In this document: positions 9,442 through 19,940 of the stretch, one piece after another
Layout: each line of letters starts with the position of its first letter
Position numbering within the stretch: the first letter of the stretch is position 1
Source of the DNA: an uncultured Maribacter sp.
GTDB taxonomy: Bacteria > Bacteroidota > Bacteroidia > Flavobacteriales > Flavobacteriaceae
Length of the DNA: 64,000 nucleotides
Reading direction: 5' to 3'
Assembly (NCBI GenBank): GCA_938038975.1
Contig: CALHVP010000061.1
Coordinates: 22,329 to 86,328, forward strand
Position numbers and translations under genes: made by a program
Notes under the pieces: model-generated
What the model saw: only the letters and a program-made list of their open reading frames with translations
What the model was told of the DNA's origin: nothing
Databases searched by the model: none

Positions 9442-12400
9442 TTTCATGTAGATTTAAAGGAAGTTTTACGGTAAAGGTGCTTCCCTTACCTCTTTTGCTT
9501 TTAAAGCTTACCGCGCCATGCATCAATTCCGAGTATTGTTTAACAATATGTAGTCCTAGCCCCGTACCTTCAATGTTTATTGCGTTTTCAGCACGAAAAA
9601 ACCGTTCAAAAAGATTCCCTTGTTCTGCTTTGGGAATTCCCATTCCATTGTCCGTGATTTCAAAAATTATATGCTCTTGAATTTCTTTTAGTTCAAACTT
9701 AATTTCTTGGCCTGCTTCCGAATATTTGAGAGCATTAGACAAGAGGTTGACCAAGATATGGTTCAACAGTTTTGGATCTAGAAAAACAGGAATTTCCGCT
9801 TCAGTGTATTTTAATATAATGGCTTGTCCTTCTTTTTTTGTCCCTTCCATTTCATCAACTATAATTTTGCAAAACTGAATCAGCTCCAGATGCTGTGGCT
9901 TTGACTTTACTCTACCTTCTTCTAATTTGCTAAGGGAAAGAAAATCATTAAGTATAACTACTAAGTGCTTTACGTGCGTACGTATCCGTGCCACATGTTT
10001 TTCTCGCCTTTCTTCTTTACCGGGCTCGTTTTGTTTTCCAATAAGTATAGCAGAGGATAAAATAGCACTCAAGGGTGTTCGGAACTCATGGGAAGCCATC
10101 GAAATAAAGCGAGATTTTAATCCAATCAATTCCTCAGCTGCTTTTAATGTAGTAGTTAATTCTTCCCTAACATTTTTCTGTTCAGTAATGTTGTTAAAGA
10201 CAAATAACGCCCAGACTATATCATCCCCATCTGACCTTAATGGTTTAGCATTCAAAGCATAACAATCTGTCTGGAACTCTAGCTCAAAGGAAAGATTATC
10301 TCCTTTTACTGTTTTAAGTATATTTTGTTTAATACGTTTAACCTGATTTTTGGAAAAAAACGTAATGTCATCTATATGCTTTCCTTCAAAATCGGTCTTC
10401 TCTAAATTAGCCCGTTTGAGCTCCTCCCCTTCCACATACACTAATTCAAAATCGGTATTAAACACAACTATAAGTCCCTTAGGGAAATTTCTAGCGATAG
10501 CTGCAAAAAGGACTTGGCTACGCTTTGCTTTATCTTCTGCTATTTTGGTGACTTGTACTTGGTCTTCTAAACTAAGATTAGTCTGAATTAATTTTTGGAC
10601 CGTTGCTTCAATCTCTTTAGTGCGTTCCGCTACCTTGCTCTCTAATTTATCTGCATACGTTTCCAACTGCGCTTTAGTATTCTGAATTTCGGTAATATCG
10701 TTCTGAACTCCTATAAAATGGGTCAATTGCTGTTTCTCGTTATAAAGCGGAGTAATTGTGAGTTCATTCCAAAAAAGCGTACCATCTTTTCTATAGTTTC
10801 TTAGTACTACTTTGCAAGGCTTGCCGTTTTGAATAGCTATGGCCAGGGTCCTTATTCCCTCTTGATCATGGTCATCTTTTTGTAAAAAACGACAGTTTTC
10901 GCCTAAGACCTCGCTCGGTTGATATCCTGTTATAAGAGAAAAGGCCCTGTTACTATATAAAATAGGTAAATCTGGCTGCTGAGCGTCAACAATAATAACA
11001 CCATTGCCCGCAGCTTCTAAAGCCCTATTTCTAAGGTGTAATGAGCTCTGAATTGTATTGGTTTCTGTAATGTTTCGTGCAATGGACAGAACTTGATTTT
11101 TATTGAACGGCACTAATCGATATTCATAAATGACCGTATCATCGGCAACCGAAGACGCCAACTCTAATGTTGCCATTTCTTGGTTATGAATTACTTTTGA
11201 AATTATACTTTTCAGCTTTTTCCCAACTTCTTCAAAAAATAAATTAGTTATATTTTCACCCACTAGTTCCTCTTTTGAGATCCTGAAAGAGGAATCATCT
11301 GGAACATGTATTTCCAATATAGTTCCCTTTTTATCATAAATAGACACTACATCGGGCATAGCCTGTAAAATTGCCCTATTTTTCTCCTCACTCTCCCGTA
11401 ATTTCTGTTCGGCGAAAACTTGTTCCGTAACTTCTAAGCCTGAACTTATTAAGCCTGTAATATTGCCATTTTCATCTTTCAAGAGTGCGTTTCGCCATCT
11501 TATTAATTTTCTTCTGTTTCCTTTCGCAAGGACCCAATTTTCATAGATATCTGGCGGCTCTATTACTCCGCTGATAATTTGGCCAAATAACTGGGTAAGT
11601 TCTTTTTTTTCTTTTTTTGGTATACAATTATGGAACCAATTTTTTCCAATAATTTCATTTTGGGGATAACCAAGTATTTCACGACCTTTTTGATTAATGA
11701 GCTCAATCGTATGATTCTTATTGATTATCAAAAAAATTGATGCTGCCGCGTTTAAATATTGGTTTAGTATTTTTTTTTCCTTTTCTAATGCGTATTCTGT
11801 TTGTTTTAGATAGGTGATATCAGTAATTAAACCCTCCAAGAATAACAAGTATCCGTTACTATTATAAACACCTCGGCCTAATTCATTCAAATATTTGGTA
11901 TTCCCTAATTTATCTTTAACACGAAAAGAAAATTGATAGGGTTCCTTGTTATGAAGTGCCTCTTGTGTTGCATCCCAGATGTGATTCTGATCTGCCTCAT
12001 ATATGATATCCGAAAAATGTACCTTTCCTTCTAAAAATTCATGAGGACTAAAACCTGTTATGGTCTCACAACCATCGCTAATATATTTCATAGTCCAATC
12101 TCTGTCATTACTGCAACGATATACAATACCAGAAACATTATCAACTAGGGTACGAAGTTTCCTATCACTTTCAAAAACCGAAATGTCTGCAGGTTTACAA
12201 AAAACAATGCCTAAAGTGCTATCTTGAATAACTGTTGACCCAAATCTTATGTCAACCATAAATCTTCCACCATCTTTTCGCAATCCGTAAATCTGTAATG
12301 ATTCTGAAACACGACTTTGCATTAAATCCTTTATGAGCTCATTTGCAAATAATTTATATATATTCTTTTTGACAAGTTCATTATTTTCATAACCAAACAT

Positions 12401-12520
12401 AAGTTCTGCTGTAGCATTTGCCTTTACAATAGTTCCACTATCGTCAAGCACAAAAAAGCCAGCCAATGAAGTTTCAAAAACAGCTTGGTATATGGCGGTA
12501 TTTGACAGCTCTTCTTTCAT
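9419..12520 (-). CDS. Multi-PAS sensor histidine kinase containing a LOV domain
   Basis: Several PAS/PAC repeats; GENCRFLQ LOV motif (10880-10903) with NYRKDG..FWNEL..FIGVQ; H-box SHEFRTPL; N, G1, G2 boxes. Confidence 0.93.
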   Translation of the reverse strand: MKEELSNTAIYQAVFETSLAGFFVLDDSGTIVKANATAELMFGYENNELVKKNIYKLFANELIKDLMQSRVSESLQIYGLRKDGGRFMVDIRFGSTVIQDSTLGIVFCKPADISVFESDRKLRTLVDNVSGIVYRCSNDRDWTMKYISDGCETITGFSPHEFLEGKVHFSDIIYEADQNHIWDATQEALHNKEPYQFSFRVKDKLGNTKYLNELGRGVYNSNGYLLFLEGLITDITYLKQTEYALEKEKKILNQYLNAAASIFLIINKNHTIELINQKGREILGYPQNEIIGKNWFHNCIPKKEKKELTQLFGQIISGVIEPPDIYENWVLAKGNRRKLIRWRNALLKDENGNITGLISSGLEVTEQVFAEQKLRESEEKNRAILQAMPDVVSIYDKKGTILEIHVPDDSSFRISKEELVGENITNLFFEEVGKKLKSIISKVIHNQEMATLELASSVADDTVIYEYRLVPFNKNQVLSIARNITETNTIQSSLHLRNRALEAAGNGVIIVDAQQPDLPILYSNRAFSLITGYQPSEVLGENCRFLQKDDHDQEGIRTLAIAIQNGKPCKVVLRNYRKDGTLFWNELTITPLYNEKQQLTHFIGVQNDITEIQNTKAQLETYADKLESKVAERTKEIEATVQKLIQTNLSLEDQVQVTKIAEDKAKRSQVLFAAIARNFPKGLIVVFNTDFELVYVEGEELKRANLEKTDFEGKHIDDITFFSKNQVKRIKQNILKTVKGDNLSFELEFQTDCYALNAKPLRSDGDDIVWALFVFNNITEQKNVREELTTTLKAAEELIGLKSRFISMASHEFRTPLSAILSSAILIGKQNEPGKEERREKHVARIRTHVKHLVVILNDFLSLSKLEEGRVKSKPQHLELIQFCKIIVDEMEGTKKEGQAIILKYTEAEIPVFLDPKLLNHILVNLLSNALKYSEAGQEIKFELKEIQEHIIFEITDNGMGIPKAEQGNLFERFFRAENAINIEGTGLGLHIVKQYSELMHGAVSFKSKRGKGSTFTVKLPLNLHENEKNIDN

Positions 12521-12916
12521 TTTAAAATATTAGGTTTTGACATAATCTTGAATAAATTAATTTTAACACCTTTAGTATCATTCTTCATGTTTGATACTAA
12601 TTCATTGTACCCATTTATATGCACTGTATAGGTTATTGCCGAGATATTCATATCACTTTATTAGCATCATTTGGTCCTTTACTTGAGTAGCCCAAATTAT
12701 ATATTAGTATCATCTGAAGAAACAAGAATTATTCTTTACAGGAAAACGAGCTATTTTTCTAATAGCGCTTTCAAAAATTAAAAAATAAGCCATCCTCAAA
12801 TTAAGCCTATTAAGCAACTCGCCTTAACCCCTTCAATTCGTTATTTCCGTTAAATTCAGAAGTAAAGAATTGTACTGTTCTTAGTCAAATATATTATTGT
12901 TTAATATCCCCGCATA

Positions 12917-12928
12917 TGATATCGGTCA
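12917..12928 (-). promoter_or_regulatory. CRP/FNR-type box TGAT-ATCG-GTCA
   Basis: TATATTTG on minus strand at 12886-12893, 23 bp away; faces the LOV kinase/RR operon. Confidence 0.85.
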
Positions 12929-12955
12929 TCAAGCCGGTAGGGAAAAGAGAAAATA

Positions 12956-12967
12956 TGATAAGGGTCA
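12956..12967 (+). promoter_or_regulatory. CRP/FNR-type box TGAT-AAGG-GTCA
   Basis: TATTTTCG at 12991-12998, 23 bp downstream. Confidence 0.8.
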
Positions 12968-13023
12968 TTTTATGGTGCTAAGGAATAGTATATTTTCGAA
13001 TGCTAAAGAATAATTTTCAAACT

Positions 13024-13851
13024 ATGAAAACAGGTTTGGTACTTTCAGGAGGAGGAGTTCGTGGCGTTGCGCATATAGGTGCAATAAAAGCCTTGGAGGA
13101 ATATAATATCTACCCTTCCCATATATCTGGAACAAGTGCGGGAGCAGTTGTAGGAGCCTTGTATGCTGGTGGTTGCACTTGGGAGCAGATACTGGACTTC
13201 TTTAAAAGCACTCAAATTTTTAGTTTTACCAACTATGCCAGAAGCAAACCGGGATTTGTTGATACGGAAAAGTTCTACGACCATTTAAAATCATACCTCC
13301 CAAAAGATAGTTTTGCCTCGTTAAAGACACCTCTATTCGTTACCGCCACCAATCTTTTGGACGGTACCTTAAAAGTTTTTCAGAAAGGTGAACTGATCAA
13401 ACCAATACTTGCATCCGCAGCGGTTCCTGGACTATTTGCACCCGTATCTTTTAAAGGTGGCTATTATATAGATGGCGGCACATTGAACAACTTTCCAGTA
13501 GATCTACTAAAAATACATTGCGACCAAATTGTGGGCGTCTACGTAAATCCGTTCGAAAAAATGAATATTGCCGACCTTAAACATGCCCATAATGTATTGG
13601 AACGTGCCTACCACATTATGGTGGCCAATGAAACCATTCTTAAATTTGAAGATTGTGATTTACTCATTAGACCTGAGCGTATGGCCGAGTTTAGTATGTT
13701 CTCCTTAAAAAATATAGATATCCTTTTAGAATTGGGATATTCAGCTGCCATAACTGCGTTAAAAAGCAATGACCAACGTATTAAATTAACATCAGAAGCT
13801 GAATTTGAAGCTATGAACGGTTTCTGTATAAATGAGCCTAAGTTTAGTTAA
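13024..13851 (+). CDS. Patatin-like phospholipase
   Basis: LSGGGVRG, GTSAG, DGG motifs; start placed at 13024, downstream of the predicted promoter. Confidence 0.92.
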   Translation: MKTGLVLSGGGVRGVAHIGAIKALEEYNIYPSHISGTSAGAVVGALYAGGCTWEQILDFFKSTQIFSFTNYARSKPGFVDTEKFYDHLKSYLPKDSFASLKTPLFVTATNLLDGTLKVFQKGELIKPILASAAVPGLFAPVSFKGGYYIDGGTLNNFPVDLLKIHCDQIVGVYVNPFEKMNIADLKHAHNVLERAYHIMVANETILKFEDCDLLIRPERMAEFSMFSLKNIDILLELGYSAAITALKSNDQRIKLTSEAEFEAMNGFCINEPKFS

Positions 13852-13923
13852 ATGGTATATTGATATCTTTTAGGCGACTCGATGGTCTTATTGAACTAAG
13901 TAGCAATATAAATAATCTATAAA

Positions 13924-14571
13924 ATGAAACATTCCTTTAACACAATTCTGGTTCTGTTTTTGGTAGTAATCGGTATCTCCTGTAACACTTCCAAGAAGGA
14001 TAAAATAGATAGCCATACGGGCAGAAAAATAATAATTCAAAAACCTTTCTATTCCATAGATACAGCAAATGTTTCATTACTATGGACTGCGTATAAGTTC
14101 TCCAATAAAATAGGTGTAAGCGGTACTTTTAATGAATTTAATCTACAATTAAGAACCTATTCAGGCTCCATAGATGAGTTATTGAACAATGCTCAAATAA
14201 CCATCAATACACATTCGGTAGATACAGGTAACAACCTTAGAGACCCCAAACTAAGAACATATTTTTTTGAAGTTTTTAAGGCAGATACTATTTTAGGAGA
14301 AGTAATCGATGCCAGTAACGGTAATGCAGCAATAGTACTAAAAATGAATAAGCTTACAAACGATACTTCATTCAAATATTCAATAAAGGATGATACTTTA
14401 CAACTATCCACTCATTTAGATCTATTATTATGGAACGGAAAAGATGCCTTGAAATTACTTAATAAAGAATGTTATGACCTCCATACGGGGACTGATGGTA
14501 TATCGAAACTTTGGCCTGATGTAGATGTAGTATTAAAAATGCCGATTAAAACCCATACAAGTAAGCAATAA
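13924..14571 (+). CDS. YceI-like lipoprotein
   Basis: Lipobox GISC; WTAYK...VSGTF...SVDTGNNLRDPKL. Confidence 0.75.
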   Translation: MKHSFNTILVLFLVVIGISCNTSKKDKIDSHTGRKIIIQKPFYSIDTANVSLLWTAYKFSNKIGVSGTFNEFNLQLRTYSGSIDELLNNAQITINTHSVDTGNNLRDPKLRTYFFEVFKADTILGEVIDASNGNAAIVLKMNKLTNDTSFKYSIKDDTLQLSTHLDLLLWNGKDALKLLNKECYDLHTGTDGISKLWPDVDVVLKMPIKTHTSKQ

Positions 14572-14754
14572 AAGTTGATTATCTGCTACACCACATTAAG
14601 TGATGGCTATGAAATAAATGACTAAAAATTACAACAGATTAACATAAAGAATTTTAAAGTAGGTAGGATTCAAAAAGACAATACCCTCAGACCAAACCAA
14701 TTTACATGGACGCATTTTGGTTTTAGCATGAAGGCATTGTTATATAAAAAACTA

Positions 14755-15219
14755 TTAAGCAATTTGTACCTTTTTAGGTGGTACTTTTTTGGCCTCTTCT
14801 TTTTTGGTCAGATTAAAACTTAAGATACCGTCATTATATTTTGCTTTTATCGCCTCCTGCTTAATGCTTTCTGGTAATTGCAAAGAGCGCTCAAAGGCGT
14901 TATAACTAAATTCCTTTCGCGTAAAGTTGTCATCGATTTCTTCTTCGGAGGTCTGCTTTTCTGCTTTAATGTTTAGGCATCCATCCTCTATGGTCACTTC
15001 AAAATCTTTCTTGGCGAAACCGGGTGCCGCCAATTCAATTTCAAAATTATCATCGGTTTCCTTAATATTTAATGCCGGCTCTGATCTTTTACCGTTCCAA
15101 AAAGTATCGGGCATCAAATTTCTGGTCCATCCTCGATTATCGAAGAAATCATCCATGTCAAAAAAATCTTGGGTAATCAAGTTTCCAAAGGGTCTTCTTT
15201 TAAATTTTACTAGTGACAT
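14755..15219 (-). CDS. Hsp20/alpha-crystallin small heat shock protein
   Basis: PALNIKET...ELAAPG...FERSLQLP...AKYNDGIL, C-terminal VQI motif. Confidence 0.95.
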   Translation of the reverse strand: MSLVKFKRRPFGNLITQDFFDMDDFFDNRGWTRNLMPDTFWNGKRSEPALNIKETDDNFEIELAAPGFAKKDFEVTIEDGCLNIKAEKQTSEEEIDDNFTRKEFSYNAFERSLQLPESIKQEAIKAKYNDGILSFNLTKKEEAKKVPPKKVQIA

Positions 15220-15291
15220 AACTTATTTGTTTTAAAGGTTATACAATCTATTATATGTCTCTAAAGTAAATGGAACAAGTAGCAAATGAAA

Positions 15292-15303
15292 TGACTTAGG
15301 TCA
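15292..15303. promoter_or_regulatory. Bidirectional CRP/FNR-type box TGAC-TTAG-GTCA
   Basis: TACTTTAG (minus, 15261-15268) and TATTTTTG (plus, 15327-15334), each 23 bp away. Confidence 0.9.
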
Positions 15304-15350
15304 GTTTCAAAATTTTTTTTTGCCTTTATTTTTGAATAAATAAATAACGA

Positions 15351-17852
15351 ATGTCCATAGATAATTTTGGGATAAAAGGCTTGACAGATAACGAGGTGCT
15401 TGCAGCAAGAAAAGCCCACGGAATAAACAAGCTCACCTATAAAAAAGAAACTGGGTTTCTAAATGCCCTTAAGAGTGTTATCAAAGAGCCTATGGTCATT
15501 TTATTGTTAGTGGCCTCATCCATCTATTTAATTAGCGGAAATTTGGGAGACGGCATCTTCCTTGCAGCTGCCATTGCGTTGGTAGGCTCCATATCACTCT
15601 ATCAAGATTCCAAAAGTCGTAGGGCCCTTGAAAAACTGAAAAGTCTAACCCAACCCAACTGCACGGTCATTAGAAATGGGGAAGTAAAAGGCATACCAAG
15701 CGAACAGCTCGTTATCGGTGATAGTCTTATGGTCGCAGAAGGGACTTTAATCCCTGCGGACGGAATCATTGTTCACTCCAACGATTTTTCGGTCAATGAA
15801 TCTATTCTTACTGGAGAGTCCTTTGCTGTTTTCAAGAATGAAGAACATGCAAATAATTCCATTTTTGGAGGTACTACCGTTGCCAGCGGACTGGCCATTG
15901 CTACAGTTACTAAAATTGGCAATAAAACGGAGTTGGGGAAAATTGGAAAGAGTCTAGAGAACATTCAGGAAGAAAAAACTCCTTTGGAGCGACAGATTTC
16001 CAACTTTGTAAAGAACATGTCCATTTGGGGTGGTGTTGCTTTTCTCTTAGTATGGGGCATCAATTATTTTAAGTCCCATGATGTATTGGATAGCTTACTA
16101 CAAGCATTGACTTTGGCCATGAGTATTCTTCCAGAAGAAATTCCCGTAGCCTTCACCACCTTTATGGCCTTGGGTGCTTGGCGTTTGATGAAAATGGGGA
16201 TTGTCGTCAAACAGATGAAAACAGTTGAGGCGTTGGGAAGTGCCACCGTAATATGTGTGGACAAAACAGGTACCATTACACAGAATAAAATGAGCCTAGT
16301 TAAACTGTTTACAATGGCCTCGGGAGAAATAAGTTCGGTCGATCAAGATATGAACGAAAACGAGAAAGAACTAGTAAGATTGGCCATGTGGGCAAGCGAA
16401 CCCATTCCCTTTGACCCTATGGAAACCGCTTTGCACGAGGCCTATATGCAACTGGGTTCTTTTGATGAAAGACCCAACTATATGATGGTACACGAATATC
16501 CTTTAAGTGGAAAACCACCTATGATGACCCATATATTTGAAAATAACCAAGGACAAAGAATTATCGCAGCAAAAGGAGCACCGGAAGCTTTTTTTGAAAT
16601 TTCAAATTTAACCCCTAAAGAAAAAGTGCAAATTGTAGATGCAATAGCAACACTAGGTAAAGATGGTTATCGTCTGTTAGGTGTTGGTCTGGCCGATTTT
16701 AAGGGAACCGATTACCCTGAACACCAACAGGATTTTCAGTTTGCATTTAAGGGGATTGTCGCTTTTTATGATCCACCAAAAGAAAATATCGATTCCGTAC
16801 TACAAGATTTTGATACGGCAGGTATCAATGTGAAATTGGTAACCGGTGACTATGCTGCTACGGCCACGGCAATTGCAAAACAAATAGGTTTTAAGGGATA
16901 TGAAAACTGTATGTCCGGCGAAGAATTGATGCAACTAAGTGATTCAGAATTACAAAAAAAAGTAAAGGATACCCAGGTATTTACAAGAATGTTCCCAGAC
17001 GCCAAATTACGAATTATTACCGCCATTAAAGCAAATAAAGAAGTGGTAGCTATGATCGGTGACGGTGTAAATGACGCGCCTGCATTAAAAGCCGCCCATT
17101 TTGGTATTGCCATGGGCACCAAAGGAACAGAAATTGCAAAACAAGCAGCCTCGCTAATTCTGGTAGACGATAATCTATCCAAAATGTTGGACGCGATTGC
17201 CATGGGTAGGAAAATATATACCAACCTTAAAAAAGCGATACAATATATCATCTCCATTCACATTCCCATTATTTTGACCGTTTTTATTCCGCTAACCTTG
17301 GGTTGGCTGTACCCGACCATCTTTTCCCCCTCCCATGTTATTCTCTTGGAATTGATTATGGGACCTACCTGTTCCATCATCTATGAAAACGAACCCATGG
17401 AGGAACATACGATGCTGAAAAAACCCAGACCGTTTACTACCACTTTTTTTAAATTCAAGGAACTTGTCACCAGTATCATACAAGGCTTAGCAATTACGGT
17501 GGGTGCCTTATCAGTGTATCAATATGCCGTTTCCCAAGGTTATAATGAATACGTAACACGAACGATGGTTTTTATGGTATTAATCGTAGCCAATATATTT
17601 CTGACCTTGGTTAACCGTTCTTTTTACTTTTCGATAGGTACCACCCTAAAATATAAGAACAATTTGGTTCCTTTAATGATCGGGGTTACCATCACCATTG
17701 CCGCCCTATTGCTTTGGGTGCCAATATTTACGAGTTTCTTCAAGTTCAAAACCCTGAATAGCCATCAATTAGCGATTTGTATCGTATCCGGAAGTACTTC
17801 CGTTCTATGGTATGAGCTAATTAAATGGAGAAAGAGAAGAATAATGGGGTGA
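15351..17852 (+). CDS. Cation-transporting P-type ATPase (type II-like)
   Basis: TGES, PEEIP, DKTGT, KGAPE, TGD, GDGVNDAPALK motifs. Confidence 0.95.
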   Translation: MSIDNFGIKGLTDNEVLAARKAHGINKLTYKKETGFLNALKSVIKEPMVILLLVASSIYLISGNLGDGIFLAAAIALVGSISLYQDSKSRRALEKLKSLTQPNCTVIRNGEVKGIPSEQLVIGDSLMVAEGTLIPADGIIVHSNDFSVNESILTGESFAVFKNEEHANNSIFGGTTVASGLAIATVTKIGNKTELGKIGKSLENIQEEKTPLERQISNFVKNMSIWGGVAFLLVWGINYFKSHDVLDSLLQALTLAMSILPEEIPVAFTTFMALGAWRLMKMGIVVKQMKTVEALGSATVICVDKTGTITQNKMSLVKLFTMASGEISSVDQDMNENEKELVRLAMWASEPIPFDPMETALHEAYMQLGSFDERPNYMMVHEYPLSGKPPMMTHIFENNQGQRIIAAKGAPEAFFEISNLTPKEKVQIVDAIATLGKDGYRLLGVGLADFKGTDYPEHQQDFQFAFKGIVAFYDPPKENIDSVLQDFDTAGINVKLVTGDYAATATAIAKQIGFKGYENCMSGEELMQLSDSELQKKVKDTQVFTRMFPDAKLRIITAIKANKEVVAMIGDGVNDAPALKAAHFGIAMGTKGTEIAKQAASLILVDDNLSKMLDAIAMGRKIYTNLKKAIQYIISIHIPIILTVFIPLTLGWLYPTIFSPSHVILLELIMGPTCSIIYENEPMEEHTMLKKPRPFTTTFFKFKELVTSIIQGLAITVGALSVYQYAVSQGYNEYVTRTMVFMVLIVANIFLTLVNRSFYFSIGTTLKYKNNLVPLMIGVTITIAALLLWVPIFTSFFKFKTLNSHQLAICIVSGSTSVLWYELIKWRKRRIMG

Positions 17853-18009
17853 GTTCCCGTTTCCTACAATTTCACGATTTGAGTTACAATATAAGACCTA
17901 AAAACAGCATAGGAAATAGTTCAAGCAAATCTCAATTAATTTCTTTTATATTTACTTTAAACCAAAATTTAAATACTAAACTTGACCAAAAACCCTACTT
18001 CATCGTACT

Positions 18010-19770
18010 ATGATAAAAAAGATAGTTTTTTATGCTTTCCTAACAGCGCTTGGAGCTGTATTGTTCGTAAACCCAAATTTTAAAACAATTGCCTCTGGTA
18101 TAGCTATTTTACTTTTCGGCATGATTATGCTGGAGGAAGGATTTAAGGTCTTCGCTAAAGGCCCACTTCAAAAAATTCTACAGAAAGCAACGGATAAGTT
18201 GTACAAAAGTATCACTACAGGAGCGCTAGTTACCGCATTTATTCAATCCAGTTCTTTAGTATCAGTAATTACCATTTCCTTTATAAGCGCTGGGCTAATT
18301 AGTTTGAGTGGTGGCATAGGATTAATTTTTGGAGCCAATATAGGAACCACTGCTACCGCTTGGCTCGTTGCAGGTTTTGGATTAAAAATACAAATATCGA
18401 CTTTGGCCATGCCTATGCTTGTATTTGGCATCGTTTTTTCCTTACAAAAAAACAGCTCTTTAAGAGGACTAGGAAATATCTTGGCCGGGCTGGGCTTTTT
18501 CTTTTTGGGAATTCATTATATGAAAGAGGGTTTTGATGTTTTTAAAGAATATATTGACCTTACAAAATATGCGATTCCTGGGTTTTTAGGTGTCCTTGTA
18601 TATGCAGCAATTGGAATCGTTGTCACTACGATCCTTCAATCCAGCAGCGCGACCTTAGCTTTAATATTAACAGCGTTGGCCAGTGGACAAATTGAATATG
18701 AAAATGCGCTTGCCATTTCTGTAGGTGCGAATATTGGTACTACAATTACCGCTGTTATAGGTTCTTTAAGCTCCAATGTTGCGGGAAAAAGATTAGCAGG
18801 GGCTCATTTAATATTCAATTTTGTTACGGGGATTGTGGCCTTGGCAATTATTTTTCCCCTTGCAGATTTTGTAAACTACCTTTCTACTTTTATTGGCATC
18901 TCTAGCCAAGATTTCACCCTTAAACTGGCCATGTTTCACACGATTTTCAATGTTCTTGGTGTCCTAATAATGATACCTTTCATAAAAACAATCGAAAAGT
19001 TCTTGATGCGATTTTTCAAGGAAGAAGAAGGAAAAGGTATCGAGGAGCCTAAATATTTGAACGAAAGTATTTTGGAGTTCCCCAGTACGGTTGTTAGCGC
19101 ATTAACAAAAGAATCCAAGTCTTTATATGAAAACGCTGTTTTTGAAATTGTTACCCATGCCTTCAATATTCATACATCGGATATAAAGTCAGGTTTAAAA
19201 TCCAAGGAGATCATAAAAAAATCAAAAGAAGACTTGAAAACAGATGTACGTGGTCTTTATTACAGCAAGGTAAAAACTATTTATGGGGAAATTATAAGGT
19301 ATGCAACTGTAGCCCAAAGCACCTTGAAAATGGGTGAAAATATGAATGATAGAATTACAGAGATTAAAATTGCAAGCCGCAAAATGGTAGAAATCATAAA
19401 AACCGTTATGGAACTAGGCATTAATGTATCGCTCTATTTAAATTCAGAGAATGCCCATATGGCCAACGAGTACAATAAGTTTCGCAACAAAATAGTTAAA
19501 GTTTTACGCGTCATAAACTTGTTCCGAACTCAAAATAACAAAGAACTCCATTTTCATAAACTTATAAAACTGAGAAATGAGGCCAAGAAGGGTAAATATC
19601 AAACAACTAAATCCATAAACGAACTTATCAGCAAAAATTTAATTACTGCCGAGATGGCTTCTTCGTTGGTTAACGATAAGGATAATTTAAATGATATTAT
19701 TAAAAACCTGATTTCAGTGGCAGAATTACTCTATGGGAAAAAGGATAGTATATTAGATACTGTAAAATAA
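18010..19770 (+). CDS. Na+/Pi cotransporter family protein
   Basis: Duplicated QSSS...GANIGTT motifs and a soluble C-terminal domain. Confidence 0.9.
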   Translation: MIKKIVFYAFLTALGAVLFVNPNFKTIASGIAILLFGMIMLEEGFKVFAKGPLQKILQKATDKLYKSITTGALVTAFIQSSSLVSVITISFISAGLISLSGGIGLIFGANIGTTATAWLVAGFGLKIQISTLAMPMLVFGIVFSLQKNSSLRGLGNILAGLGFFFLGIHYMKEGFDVFKEYIDLTKYAIPGFLGVLVYAAIGIVVTTILQSSSATLALILTALASGQIEYENALAISVGANIGTTITAVIGSLSSNVAGKRLAGAHLIFNFVTGIVALAIIFPLADFVNYLSTFIGISSQDFTLKLAMFHTIFNVLGVLIMIPFIKTIEKFLMRFFKEEEGKGIEEPKYLNESILEFPSTVVSALTKESKSLYENAVFEIVTHAFNIHTSDIKSGLKSKEIIKKSKEDLKTDVRGLYYSKVKTIYGEIIRYATVAQSTLKMGENMNDRITEIKIASRKMVEIIKTVMELGINVSLYLNSENAHMANEYNKFRNKIVKVLRVINLFRTQNNKELHFHKLIKLRNEAKKGKYQTTKSINELISKNLITAEMASSLVNDKDNLNDIIKNLISVAELLYGKKDSILDTVK

Positions 19771-19841
19771 GAGAATAATAGGTTTCAGCGCAATTCCTCA
19801 CTAATTGGTTTTTATAGTAGATTTTTCAGCGCGGTCTAGTA

Positions 19842-19853
19842 TGATATTTATCA
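19842..19853 (+). promoter_or_regulatory. CRP/FNR-type box TGAT-ATTT-ATCA
   Basis: TAGTTTTA at 19877-19884, 23 bp downstream. Confidence 0.75.
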
Positions 19854-19940
19854 TTTTGAAAACCGCAACTATCCACTAGTTTTAGGCCAAGATTATATGC
19901 TTGGAATATAGTCTATCAAGAGTAAATAAAGACAAAACCT

